Assembly: GCA_963695545.1 (NCBI GenBank)
Contig: OY968796.1
Span: 1,408,001-1,472,000 of the forward strand
Reading direction: 5' to 3'
From: Terriglobia bacterium
GTDB lineage: Bacteria > Acidobacteriota > Terriglobia > Acidiferrales > UBA7541
DNA length: 64,000 nucleotides
Position 1 is the first letter of the stretch. Each line of letters begins with the position of its first letter. Shown piece after piece: positions 11,028 through 19,193 of this stretch. Under the pieces are notes generated by a model. That model made no database searches. It was not told the origin of the DNA and saw only the letters and a program-made list of their open reading frames with translations. The translations under genes were made by a program, and so were the position numbers.

Positions 11028-11735
11028 CTAGCGCGAATTTTCCCCTCTGATATTTTTCTCCATCCCCGCAGCGCGCATTGCGTGCAGCTCGGCAACGATC
11101 TCCGCGAGATTCCCTTCCTGCTGAAACATGCGAATCGCGGCGATTCCGGCGGCGCCGGCCGCGAAGCAATCCGCGGCGTTAAATTCCGTGATTCCGCCGA
11201 TGGCCAGCACCGGAACCCGCGCGCCGTGGCATGCCGCTGCCAGGCGCTCGAGCCCTTGCGGCAGACCGAATGAAGATTTGGAAGGCGTTGCGAACACGGG
11301 CCCGAAGAAAACGTAATCCGCGCCCGCGCGCTCGGCTGCGCGCACGGCTTCGGCAGAATGGCAAGAGACGCCGATCGCGAATTTGTTTCGACCCACTGCG
11401 GCGCGCCACGCGGCCACCCGCGCAACTGGCAACGACGTTTCGCCGAAGTGCGCACCGTCCGCGCCGGCTGCAAGCGCGACGTCCAACCGATCGTTCACCA
11501 GAATGCGCGCGCGTCCGCCGATCGCCTCAACCGCACGGCGAACCAGCGCCTCAAGCGGGCGCGCCTCAAGATCCTTCTCGCGCACTTGGATCCAATCCGC
11601 GCCCGCGGATGCGGCGCGTTCAATCGAAGAAATAAGCGCTGCGTTGGAATCCCCGTCGCCAGACGCCGTAGCGCCCGGCAGACTCTGCCGGTCCGTCACG
11701 TAGCAAAGTATGGGAGTCGTCGCGTTCCCGATCAT
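11028..11735 (-). CDS. thiE: Thiamine phosphate synthase family protein
   Basis: IQVREKD, VNDRLDVA, GVSCHS, FGPVFATPSK, LAIGGI. Confidence 0.85.
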   Translation of the reverse strand: MIGNATTPILCYVTDRQSLPGATASGDGDSNAALISSIERAASAGADWIQVREKDLEARPLEALVRRAVEAIGGRARILVNDRLDVALAAGADGAHFGETSLPVARVAAWRAAVGRNKFAIGVSCHSAEAVRAAERAGADYVFFGPVFATPSKSSFGLPQGLERLAAACHGARVPVLAIGGITEFNAADCFAAGAAGIAAIRMFQQEGNLAEIVAELHAMRAAGMEKNIRGENSR

Positions 11736-11875
11736 GTTGCGATTTCACGCCGTCACAGCCACTCGCGCGTCGCTCGAGTGTAGACGCCACTTCCCGGGCG
11801 CGCCATCGGTTTGATCGATGCGCCCCGCGCAGGCATTTCAAGCAATGCCCTCCGCGCAGACCGGCCTCGAAGTGA

Positions 11876-12118
11876 TTAATTTCGCGTGGCGACCCGCACC
11901 GGATCGTTGCGCAGCATCTCCGCCGCCATGAATATATCGAGCGCCCCCAATCCTGAAACCGCTCCGCGGACCGAAGGGTGCAAAACGTAGGGAATCATCT
12001 CGGGAAATCGACTGAGGAAATAATTGTGTTCCCACAAACCGAGCCAGGGAAGCATAACCAGCAAGACGCCGAGCAGAAGAAAATCCAGGCTCAAAAGGAC
12101 TCGGAGCAGTCGGTTCAT
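11876..12118 (-). CDS. Small hypothetical membrane protein
   Basis: MNRLLRVLLSLDFLLLGVLLVMLPW...RGAVSGLGALDIF, two hydrophobic segments; starts 10 nt after the TPR gene stop. Confidence 0.65.
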   Translation of the reverse strand: MNRLLRVLLSLDFLLLGVLLVMLPWLGLWEHNYFLSRFPEMIPYVLHPSVRGAVSGLGALDIFMAAEMLRNDPVRVATRN

Positions 12119-12128
12119 CCCCGCGCGC

Positions 12129-14828
12129 TCATCGCGCCTTATCGAAAGCGGCGAGGCGCTCAGCGACGTCCCGGTAGTCGATATTCGTGGCGTACACTTC
12201 GGCGAAACTCTTTTGCGCGCCCACCGGATCGCCCGCAAGATCCTGGGCCACGCCCAGATCGTAATGCAGCGCGAGCTGCGTTTCGTGATCGAGGTCGGGG
12301 ATTTTCAAAGCGCGTTGGTACCACATGGCGGCGATCGCGGGCTGCCCCTTCTCCATGAACGACAGCCCAAGCAGAGTACAACATTGCAACGCGTAACGGA
12401 ACGCCTGGTCGCGATCGCTGACCTTGGCCACTTTCTGGAATTCGCTGATGGCCTCTTCCAGCAAACCCATTTCGCGATAGGCCACGCCGAGATTGTAATG
12501 CGTCTCGATGTCTTCTTCCGCCGTGTCGATCTCGCCCAACTCGGCGCGAAATTCTTCAAACACCTGGTGCAAATGATCGGTGGCCGCAACGGACATGCCT
12601 GCCGGCTCGCCGGCCGTCGAAACAGGTTGGGATTCTGCCGCGGCAATCGGCGCAACAGGCATCGGCGCCGGCGGCACAACCGCCGCGGGAATATGCGTCG
12701 CCGCGGCGTTCGCCGCAACCGGAGTCGGCTCTGGCACACGCGCCGCATGTGGAACTGAGGAAGCCTGCGCGGGCTGCTCATCTCCCACCAGCAGCGCCGC
12801 GATGTCGTCGAAGCCCGTCGCCAAATCCGCAAGCAGCCGCTCGGAGGAAAGCTCCTCCTCCGCCTCGGTAGCAGCCTCGAGCTCGAATTCATATTCCATG
12901 TTGGCGGCAGGTTCCAGAGTCGCGTGCTCCGGAGCCGAACTCGCCGCCAAGCCCACGGGCACCGCAGCGGCGTCCTCGGCCGCGAGGGCGGGCAATTCTT
13001 CCTCCGCCGGTTCGACCGGCGCCACCGGCTCCGTCTCCACCGGCGCTTCGATCTGCTGCGAAAGCGCGGCCCACTCCTCCGAGAGGTCCACTTCGTGGAC
13101 GGCCACGTCCTCGAGTTCTTCAATTCCTTCGTCGGTTTCCGCGGCCGCCGGACGCACCTCGAATTCCGCGTGTTGCGGTTCCGTAGCAACGTTCTCGGCT
13201 TGCGCTTCAATCACCGGCACGGAAAATTCCGCCGGCGCGGCAGGCCCGGCAGTTTCCTTCGGTTGCGTATCCCCGCTCGCGTCCGCAGCGCGCTCGAAAC
13301 GTCGGCGCAATTCCGTGTAGCGCTCCGCGCGTCCGCGGTCGCCGCGGCCGAGCCACAATTGTTCGAGTTCCGCGGCCAGATCCGCTGTGCGCCGCTCTTC
13401 CCCGGCGCCCAGGTTCAAATCGAGCAGCCGCTCGAGCACCGGCGCGTGCGCGTGCGCGCGCTGCCGGACTTCTTCGAGCAGCTCGATTGCTTTGTGCGTC
13501 AGCCCGTAGCTCGAAAACAGATCGACGTCGGTGAGCGCCTGCGCCACGAAGCGCTGCGTTTCATCGTCCAGCGCAGGCTCCGCGGACGGCGGCGCGGCAG
13601 CGGGCGCGGCTTCGGCCGGAGCCATTTTCACGAATGGTTGCACGTCGGCCATCGGTTCCAGGCCCAACTTCGCGCGTAATTGCACATAGCGCCGCCGCGT
13701 GGCTTCATCTTCCGGATTGCGGTCCAGCAACTGTTCGTAGGCCACGCGAGCGCGCTCCAGATCACCCGCCTGTTCCGCCGCGCGCGCCAGGCGCGCCAGC
13801 ACGTCCGGCATGCGGAATGAATCGTTGTTGCGTCCGAACAACTCGATAAGCCATTCGAGCGGCTCGAAGCGATCCGGCATTTTTTCCGACGCGCGGTCCA
13901 GCGAGCGCTCCAAACCTTCGTGGTCGTTCTCGGTCATCGCCGCGCGGATGCGGCCCAGCAGTTTCAGCGCCGGTTCAAGCTCGCCAGCCTCCAGCAGCGC
14001 GTCCGCCACGGTATGCGCCGGGCGATGATGTTTCGGGTTGCGCGAGAAGATTTTTTCCGACAACTCGATCGCCGGTTCATACGTGCCGCCCGCCAGATAT
14101 TCCGCGATCAAAAGATCCGCTCCCGGGCCGCCATCTTCGATTCCGGGAAACATCGCCAGCAGCGCAACGCCTTCGGTGCGCTTGCCCGAAGAAATGAACA
14201 CGCGCGCCTTCAGCAGCAGCGTCGCCGCGTCCTTTGGCTCGAGTTCAAGTGCCCGTCCCACCAGGCGCAGCGCCTCCGCGTGGTCGCCCTGCTCATGCAA
14301 TCGTTGCCCCGCGCCGCGGTATGCTTCCACCGCCTCGCCCGTCTGACCCATCGCCACGCACAGCTCGGCCATCCGAATTTGCACGCGCAGATTGTCCGGC
14401 TCGGCCTCCAGCAAACGCTTCAGCAGCATCGCTCCCTGCTGCTGCCGCCCCGCTTTCAAATGCGCTTCGGCCATTTGCAGATAGAGTGGCCGCGCTTCGC
14501 TCATCACGCCTTGCTGCACGTAAAGCTCCGCCAGCCGCTCGAGAGGCCGGGTTTCTTCGGGCGCGAGCTTGGCTACTTTCTTGTAAATGGCGATGGCTTT
14601 GGTGGTGAATCCGTCGTTGATGAAAATCTGCGCCAGGCGCTCGAAATATTCCAGCGCCTGAAACGTCTCGCCCTGGCGCACCAGCAAATCGCCCACGGTC
14701 ATCAGGATCACCTGATCCCGCGGTTCTTGCTTCAGGATATGCTGATACTCGCCGATAGCCTGCGCAACCTTCCCCTGTTGCAGGTATTTCTGCGCGGCTT
14801 CGATCAACTTGGTTTTGTTGTAGGCCAT
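12129..14828 (-). CDS. Large tetratricopeptide-repeat protein with an acidic linker
   Basis: N-terminal TPR array, Glu/Ala/Pro-rich middle, C-terminal TPRs (ETHYNLGVAYREMGLLEEAISEFQK). Confidence 0.85.
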   Translation of the reverse strand: MAYNKTKLIEAAQKYLQQGKVAQAIGEYQHILKQEPRDQVILMTVGDLLVRQGETFQALEYFERLAQIFINDGFTTKAIAIYKKVAKLAPEETRPLERLAELYVQQGVMSEARPLYLQMAEAHLKAGRQQQGAMLLKRLLEAEPDNLRVQIRMAELCVAMGQTGEAVEAYRGAGQRLHEQGDHAEALRLVGRALELEPKDAATLLLKARVFISSGKRTEGVALLAMFPGIEDGGPGADLLIAEYLAGGTYEPAIELSEKIFSRNPKHHRPAHTVADALLEAGELEPALKLLGRIRAAMTENDHEGLERSLDRASEKMPDRFEPLEWLIELFGRNNDSFRMPDVLARLARAAEQAGDLERARVAYEQLLDRNPEDEATRRRYVQLRAKLGLEPMADVQPFVKMAPAEAAPAAAPPSAEPALDDETQRFVAQALTDVDLFSSYGLTHKAIELLEEVRQRAHAHAPVLERLLDLNLGAGEERRTADLAAELEQLWLGRGDRGRAERYTELRRRFERAADASGDTQPKETAGPAAPAEFSVPVIEAQAENVATEPQHAEFEVRPAAAETDEGIEELEDVAVHEVDLSEEWAALSQQIEAPVETEPVAPVEPAEEELPALAAEDAAAVPVGLAASSAPEHATLEPAANMEYEFELEAATEAEEELSSERLLADLATGFDDIAALLVGDEQPAQASSVPHAARVPEPTPVAANAAATHIPAAVVPPAPMPVAPIAAAESQPVSTAGEPAGMSVAATDHLHQVFEEFRAELGEIDTAEEDIETHYNLGVAYREMGLLEEAISEFQKVAKVSDRDQAFRYALQCCTLLGLSFMEKGQPAIAAMWYQRALKIPDLDHETQLALHYDLGVAQDLAGDPVGAQKSFAEVYATNIDYRDVAERLAAFDKAR

Positions 14829-15139
14829 CGACGACGCTCTATCCGTTCACCCGACGCGCTTCCCGCGCGCGGTTCCAGCAATACGCTCCGCGCGGCCGTT
14901 TAAAGCCATGCGTTCCGCGCGGTCCGGCTTCGCTCACGGCGGAACCTCGGCGAACCGGAACGCCTCGAAGCCTCACGCAGCCGCGTTTGCGCAGTCCGGT
15001 GCGATCCTCGGCAGGAACGGCCAGTATTAAATGCTATAGCGCGCCCACGCTTGCGGAGCAGTTTCACGCTAGCACGCGCCGAAAAGCCAAGTCAACGCGC
15101 CCCGCGCCAACCTGTGCGCGGAAGTTACCAGCATTAAGG

Positions 15140-15832
15140 TCACACTGCGGGCGTGCCCGGCGCGTGACCGAGCGGGAGGAATTCCTGCGTCGCGCCCGAT
15201 GCCCAGCAGCACGATTCGCGCACCGGAGCGAAGGAAAAGCGATGATGTGGCGTGGGCCCAAACACGCGCAGCGCCTCCAGATGATCCGGCGTCGCGTAGC
15301 CTTTGTTGTGTCTCAATCCGTAATTCGGATAGACCGAATCCCACTCTTGCATCATGCGATCGCGCGCCACCTTCGCCAGTATTGACGCCGCCGCGATCGA
15401 CACCGATCGCGCGTCGCCCTTGATCAGCGAGCGCTGCTCCACCAGCACGTCCAGTCGCATCGCGTCGATCAGCAAATAATCCGGCGGCACGGGCAGTTGG
15501 CCCAGCGCTTCGGTCATCGCCTGGCGGCTGGCTTGGTAGATGTTCCACGCGTCGATGCGCTGCGCGTCGGCCTGCGCTACGGCCCACACCAGCGCGTGTT
15601 CGCGGATGCGCTCCGCCAGAATTTCGCGGCGCTCCGCAGTAAGTTTTTTGGAATCGTCCAGACCCACAATCCGCCGGCGCGGATTCAGCACCACCACCGC
15701 GGCCACCACCGGCCCGAACAGCGAGCCGCGCCCCACTTCGTCAAGCCCCGCGATGCGCAGCCAGCCGCGCTGCCGCGCTTCGCGTTCGTAGCGAGAAGAG
15801 CAAAGCCGCCCCATCCCCGCGAATTTTAGCAC
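15140..15832 (-). CDS. rnhB: Ribonuclease HII
   Basis: AGLDEVGRG, GLDDSKKL, IKGDA, SIAAASILAKV, HNKGY. Confidence 0.95.
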   Translation of the reverse strand: MLKFAGMGRLCSSRYEREARQRGWLRIAGLDEVGRGSLFGPVVAAVVVLNPRRRIVGLDDSKKLTAERREILAERIREHALVWAVAQADAQRIDAWNIYQASRQAMTEALGQLPVPPDYLLIDAMRLDVLVEQRSLIKGDARSVSIAAASILAKVARDRMMQEWDSVYPNYGLRHNKGYATPDHLEALRVFGPTPHHRFSFAPVRESCCWASGATQEFLPLGHAPGTPAV

Positions 15833-15865
15833 GCCTGAATTGTTTGTGGCGAAGCCGCGTGGCTT

Positions 15866-16128
15866 CTCATTCCGAAGAATACGCGATGCTTGCGCCGAGG
15901 CCTGCTGGACTGAGGAATTCTTCTACCGCCCCTCGCCCGCGCGCCTCCAACCTGGTCATCCCGAGGAGCGAAGCGACGAGGGATCTCTCTGCCGCCGCGC
16001 CACCAGGCCCCCTTGCACTTGTAGGGCCGGAGCTTGTCTCCCCCCGGGGTGCCGTGCTTTTGTAGGGTGCGCCGAAGGCGCGCTGCGGCGGAAACTCGCC
16101 GCTCGCCACTACCCACTCGCCACTGCCC
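15866..16128. repeat. Cluster of REP-like palindromes and heptamer repeats between rplS and rnhB
   Basis: GTCATCCCGAGGAGCGAAGCGACGAGGGATCT at 15955-15986; GTAG-led hairpins at 16021 and 16062; heptamers CTCGCC(A/G)/CTACCCA at 16095-16122. Confidence 0.55.
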
Positions 16129-16517
16129 TATTCGCTTGCGACCTTCTCCGGCTTCGCGGCCCGCTCGACCTCGACGCGCTCGATGCGCGCCGCTTTGCCC
16201 TTCAGGCCGCGCAGGTAGTAAAGCTTCGAGCGTCGCACCTTGCCCTGGCTGAGCACCTCAATCGCGCTGATCGCCGGCGAATGCGCCGGAAAGATGCGCT
16301 CGATCCCGATGCCGAAGCTCACGCGCCGCACCGTGAAGCTCGAGCCGGTCTGCACGCCGCGCTTCTTGATCACCACGCCCTCGAACGGCTGGATGCGCTC
16401 TTTTTCTTCGTCGCCTTCCTTCAGGCGCACGTGCACCCGAATGGTGTCGCCCGGCCGGAACTCCGGAAGGTCCTTCCGCACTTGCCCCTGCTGCATTTTT
16501 TCAATGGTGATATTCAT
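16128..16517 (-). CDS. rplS: 50S ribosomal protein L19
   Basis: [50 protein letters not shown]. Confidence 0.97.
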   Translation of the reverse strand: MNITIEKMQQGQVRKDLPEFRPGDTIRVHVRLKEGDEEKERIQPFEGVVIKKRGVQTGSSFTVRRVSFGIGIERIFPAHSPAISAIEVLSQGKVRRSKLYYLRGLKGKAARIERVEVERAAKPEKVASE

Positions 16518-16684
16518 AGCAAACTTTCCTGCCGGCAAGCCCACCTAGGCGGGACCAGCTAAGTTTTTTCCAGCGGGCGACATGCCCAGCCCGCACCCGA
16601 AACACAATCACCGATTCTAACGGATAACCCCCCGTTTGCCTAGGTCTGTACTAGAATCGCGCATGTAGCGTTGATGCGGATTTT

Positions 16685-16779
16685 GTAGCGCCAGCCTTCA
16701 GGCTGGCAGCCTTTCTCTGGCCTTTTCTGGCATTGAATCGAATATCCTAAACCCTTGCCAGCCTGAAGGCTGGCGCTAC
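16685..16779. repeat. Inverted REP pair (REPIN-like) upstream of the RAYT gene
   Basis: GTAGCGCCAGCCTTCAGGCTGGC at 16685-16707 and its exact reverse complement at 16757-16779. Confidence 0.9.
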
Positions 16780-16781
16780 GC

Positions 16782-17324
16782 GTGCAGACCAAAATGCCGA
16801 AAAACCTGAATCGTAAGAACATCCGACTGCCAGCCCCGAACTACACGGGAATCCGGGAATATTTCGTCACGATCTGCTGCCACAAGCGCGCGCCGCTGTT
16901 AGCCCGGAGCGAGAACGTTCTTCCAATTCTGGAGCAACTCAAATCATCAGCCCTCAGCTATTCCTTCTCCGTCCACGCCTCCTGCGCCATGCCCGACCAC
17001 CTCCATATCCTCGTGGCGGGCGCGTCGGATTCGAGCCGCCTGCTCAATTTCGTGAAATCTTTCAAGCAACGCACCGGATATGAATTTCGTAAGCGAACAG
17101 GAGCACAACTGTGGCAGTTCAAGTCCTACGATCACATCCTGCGCCGCGGCGATGGCATGGAGCGCGTCGCTTGGTACATTTGGATGAATCCAGTACGGAA
17201 AGGACTATGCAATCAGCCCGCGGAATTCCCATACTCGGGCTCATTTACCATGGAGTGGCGAGACCAACCACAACCGCAGCGTCTCTGGAACCCGCCGCGC
17301 GCGCCGCTGCAGCGCCACGGCTGA
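16782..17324 (+). mobile_element. REP-associated tyrosine transposase (RAYT, IS200/IS605 Y1 HUH family)
   Basis: RKNIRL, YFVTIC, MPDHLH (HUH), WQFKSYDHILR, YIWMNPVRKGL; flanked by GTAG REPs; the start may be ATG 16794. Confidence 0.9.
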
Positions 17325-17347
17325 AGGCGACTTATGCTGTTGCACGT

Positions 17348-17370
17348 GTAGCGCCAGCCTTCAGGCTGGC
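17348..17370 (+). repeat. REP copy downstream of the RAYT gene
   Basis: Identical 23-mer GTAGCGCCAGCCTTCAGGCTGGC. Confidence 0.9.
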
Positions 17371-17415
17371 GCTTTTTTCTTGATGTCGGGCAAACAAAAT
17401 ATTTCGGAGGCTCTG

Positions 17416-17631
17416 ATGAAACATGCAAACATCCTCATAGAAGTTCGTGGCGGGGTAGTCGTCGCTGTGTACTCGAACGATTCCCAATCGCGCGTATTCC
17501 TTTTGGATTGGGATGAACAAGGCGATCACATTCTTCGCGATCATGTTGACGCGGTCCCATACCCAGTTGATAGTTTTGGCGCGATGCCGGCCGACACCGA
17601 AAAACGTTTCCTCGCCGCAACGAAGGATTAA
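17416..17631 (+). CDS. Small acidic hypothetical protein (71 aa)
   Basis: GGAGG RBS 5 nt before ATG 17416; MKHANILIEVRGGVVVAVYSND...LLDWDE; ends 24 nt before the DpnI-like gene. Confidence 0.65.
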   Translation: MKHANILIEVRGGVVVAVYSNDSQSRVFLLDWDEQGDHILRDHVDAVPYPVDSFGAMPADTEKRFLAATKD

Positions 17632-17655
17632 AGTGGCAGAGGCCATTAAGCGGCG

Positions 17656-18423
17656 ATGAACCTCCAGATGGACCACGCGTGCGCAGAGAGCTACCGCAGC
17701 CGCTCCCAGGCAGCCCGCATGGTCACGGAACTATGGGGATCGCAGCAATTATACTGCGCATCATGCACCTCTCCCGTTTTAGAACGAGCCTCGAATAACA
17801 CCAAGGCTTTCGATTTCAGCTGTCCCGGCTGTAGCGCCTTTTATCAACTGAAGAGCAGCAAGGCCTGGAACGAAAGCCGGATCGTGGACGCGGGCTACCA
17901 CGCGATGATGACAGCAATCATGGAAGATCGAACGCCAAACTTGCTCATCCTGAATTACACGCTCAATTGGTCTGTCCTCAATCTGCTTTTGGTCCCTTCG
18001 TTCTTTTTCTCGCCAGCGGCCGTCGAAAAGCGGAAGCCGCTGGCGCCTTCCGCCCGCCGCGCGGGATGGATCGGCTGCAACATCCGACTGGATGCGATTG
18101 CCCCAGAGGGCAAGCTTCGAATCGTTCAAAATGGCATTGAGTGTGCTCAGGCCGATGTACGCCACAGATACGCAGCCGTCAGACCCTTAGCGGCCCTTCC
18201 CGTGTCTGTCAGGGGATGGGCACTCGATGTGCTCAAGGTCGTGCGGCAAATTGGCAAATCCGAATTCAATTTGGACGACGCATATCGCTTCGAGGACGAC
18301 CTCCGTCGACTGCATCCCCAAAACAGAAACGTCCGACCGAAAATCCGTCAACAACTCCAAGTTCTTCGGGACATTGGCATCGTCAAATTCGTTTCGCCGG
18401 GCAGATATCGGATCGTCGTCTAA
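17656..18423 (+). CDS. DpnI-family (Dam-replacing protein domain) modification-dependent restriction endonuclease
   Basis: SQAARMVTELW, two CxxC zinc motifs, KRKPLAPSARRAGWIGCNI and C-terminal winged-helix KIRQQLQVLRD, matching recalled DpnI motifs. Confidence 0.9.
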   Translation: MNLQMDHACAESYRSRSQAARMVTELWGSQQLYCASCTSPVLERASNNTKAFDFSCPGCSAFYQLKSSKAWNESRIVDAGYHAMMTAIMEDRTPNLLILNYTLNWSVLNLLLVPSFFFSPAAVEKRKPLAPSARRAGWIGCNIRLDAIAPEGKLRIVQNGIECAQADVRHRYAAVRPLAALPVSVRGWALDVLKVVRQIGKSEFNLDDAYRFEDDLRRLHPQNRNVRPKIRQQLQVLRDIGIVKFVSPGRYRIVV

Positions 18424-18521
18424 CGAATGGGCAGGTCACCCCACCCTGACCCTAGCCGCGCGCGCCACGAAAAACATGGGTATTTTTCACCCATTCTATT
18501 CGAATTAACTTATAGATAATA

Positions 18522-18551
18522 TTGACATTACGTTGGCGCTCGTGCTATCAT
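18522..18551 (+). promoter_or_regulatory. Strong sigma70 promoter with extended -10
   Basis: TTGACA 18522-18527, 18-nt spacer ending in TGC, TATCAT 18546-18551, AT-rich upstream tract. Confidence 0.65.
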
Positions 18552-18679
18552 CGCGCATGATCCTCGAACGACATTCGCTGTTCGCCCGCCCGCGCCGGAT
18601 TTCCCGATCCTTTCCACCTTCCGCGCGCCCTATTTCCCCCGCTCAAATTCAGCTGTTTTCGCACTTTTTGCGCCCCAAC

Positions 18680-18803
18680 TCTTTTAGAATCACCAGTTCT
18701 GAAAAACGCCATTTTAAACCTTCTGGAATCAATACTTCTGGCGCAAAGGACTTAAAGTCGAGCAGAATCAACACTTCTGAAAAACACCCGGGGGGTAGGG
18801 GGG
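18680..18803 (+). repeat. Three 39-bp-period imperfect tandem repeats followed by a G-rich tail
   Basis: RGAATCAm(y)AsTTCTG cores at 18686, 18725 and 18764; ends CACCCGGGGGGTAGGGGGG. Confidence 0.75.
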
Positions 18804-18982
18804 ATGCAGGTACGCCATGCATCGGATTTTTCGATTCTTCCCTGGAGCGGCGTTATCAAGAAACACCCAGGCGCGCGCTGGCGTTCGAGGGCAACACGCG
18901 CGGAGAGGTGGGCATCTGTAGGACAGCGGCTGGTGGGTTGTGGCTCGCCAGCGAACGGCGGAGCGGGCGCGGGGTGAAGATG

Positions 18983-19004
18983 GAGGCCTGAAGGCCTCTG
19001 CTAC
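18983..19004 (-). repeat. Variant REP in inverted orientation
   Basis: Minus strand GTAGCAGAGGCCTTCAGGCCTC: same GTAG foot and GCCTTCAGGC core as the RAYT REPs, with a compensated stem. Confidence 0.65.
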
Positions 19005-19193
19005 GAAGGGCGCTGAGCTGGCGGGGGGAATCGGTGCGCGGGTTGACTTGGGCTGGGGGCGGTGGTATCTAAGCCGGTCGGCTTGGTTGGGAATGCCCAC
19101 CTGTAGTGACTCGCAGGTTTGCTAAGCTTAGTGGCCGGAAGCTTGTTCAGGCGGGCTGTCGGTACGGCCCGCGCGCGAAACGAAAGGTTGCGA

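Noticed and set aside
18680..18803. 39-bp periodic repeats as a CRISPR array
   Set aside because: Only three degenerate units, variable parts too short for spacers, and no cas genes in the window.
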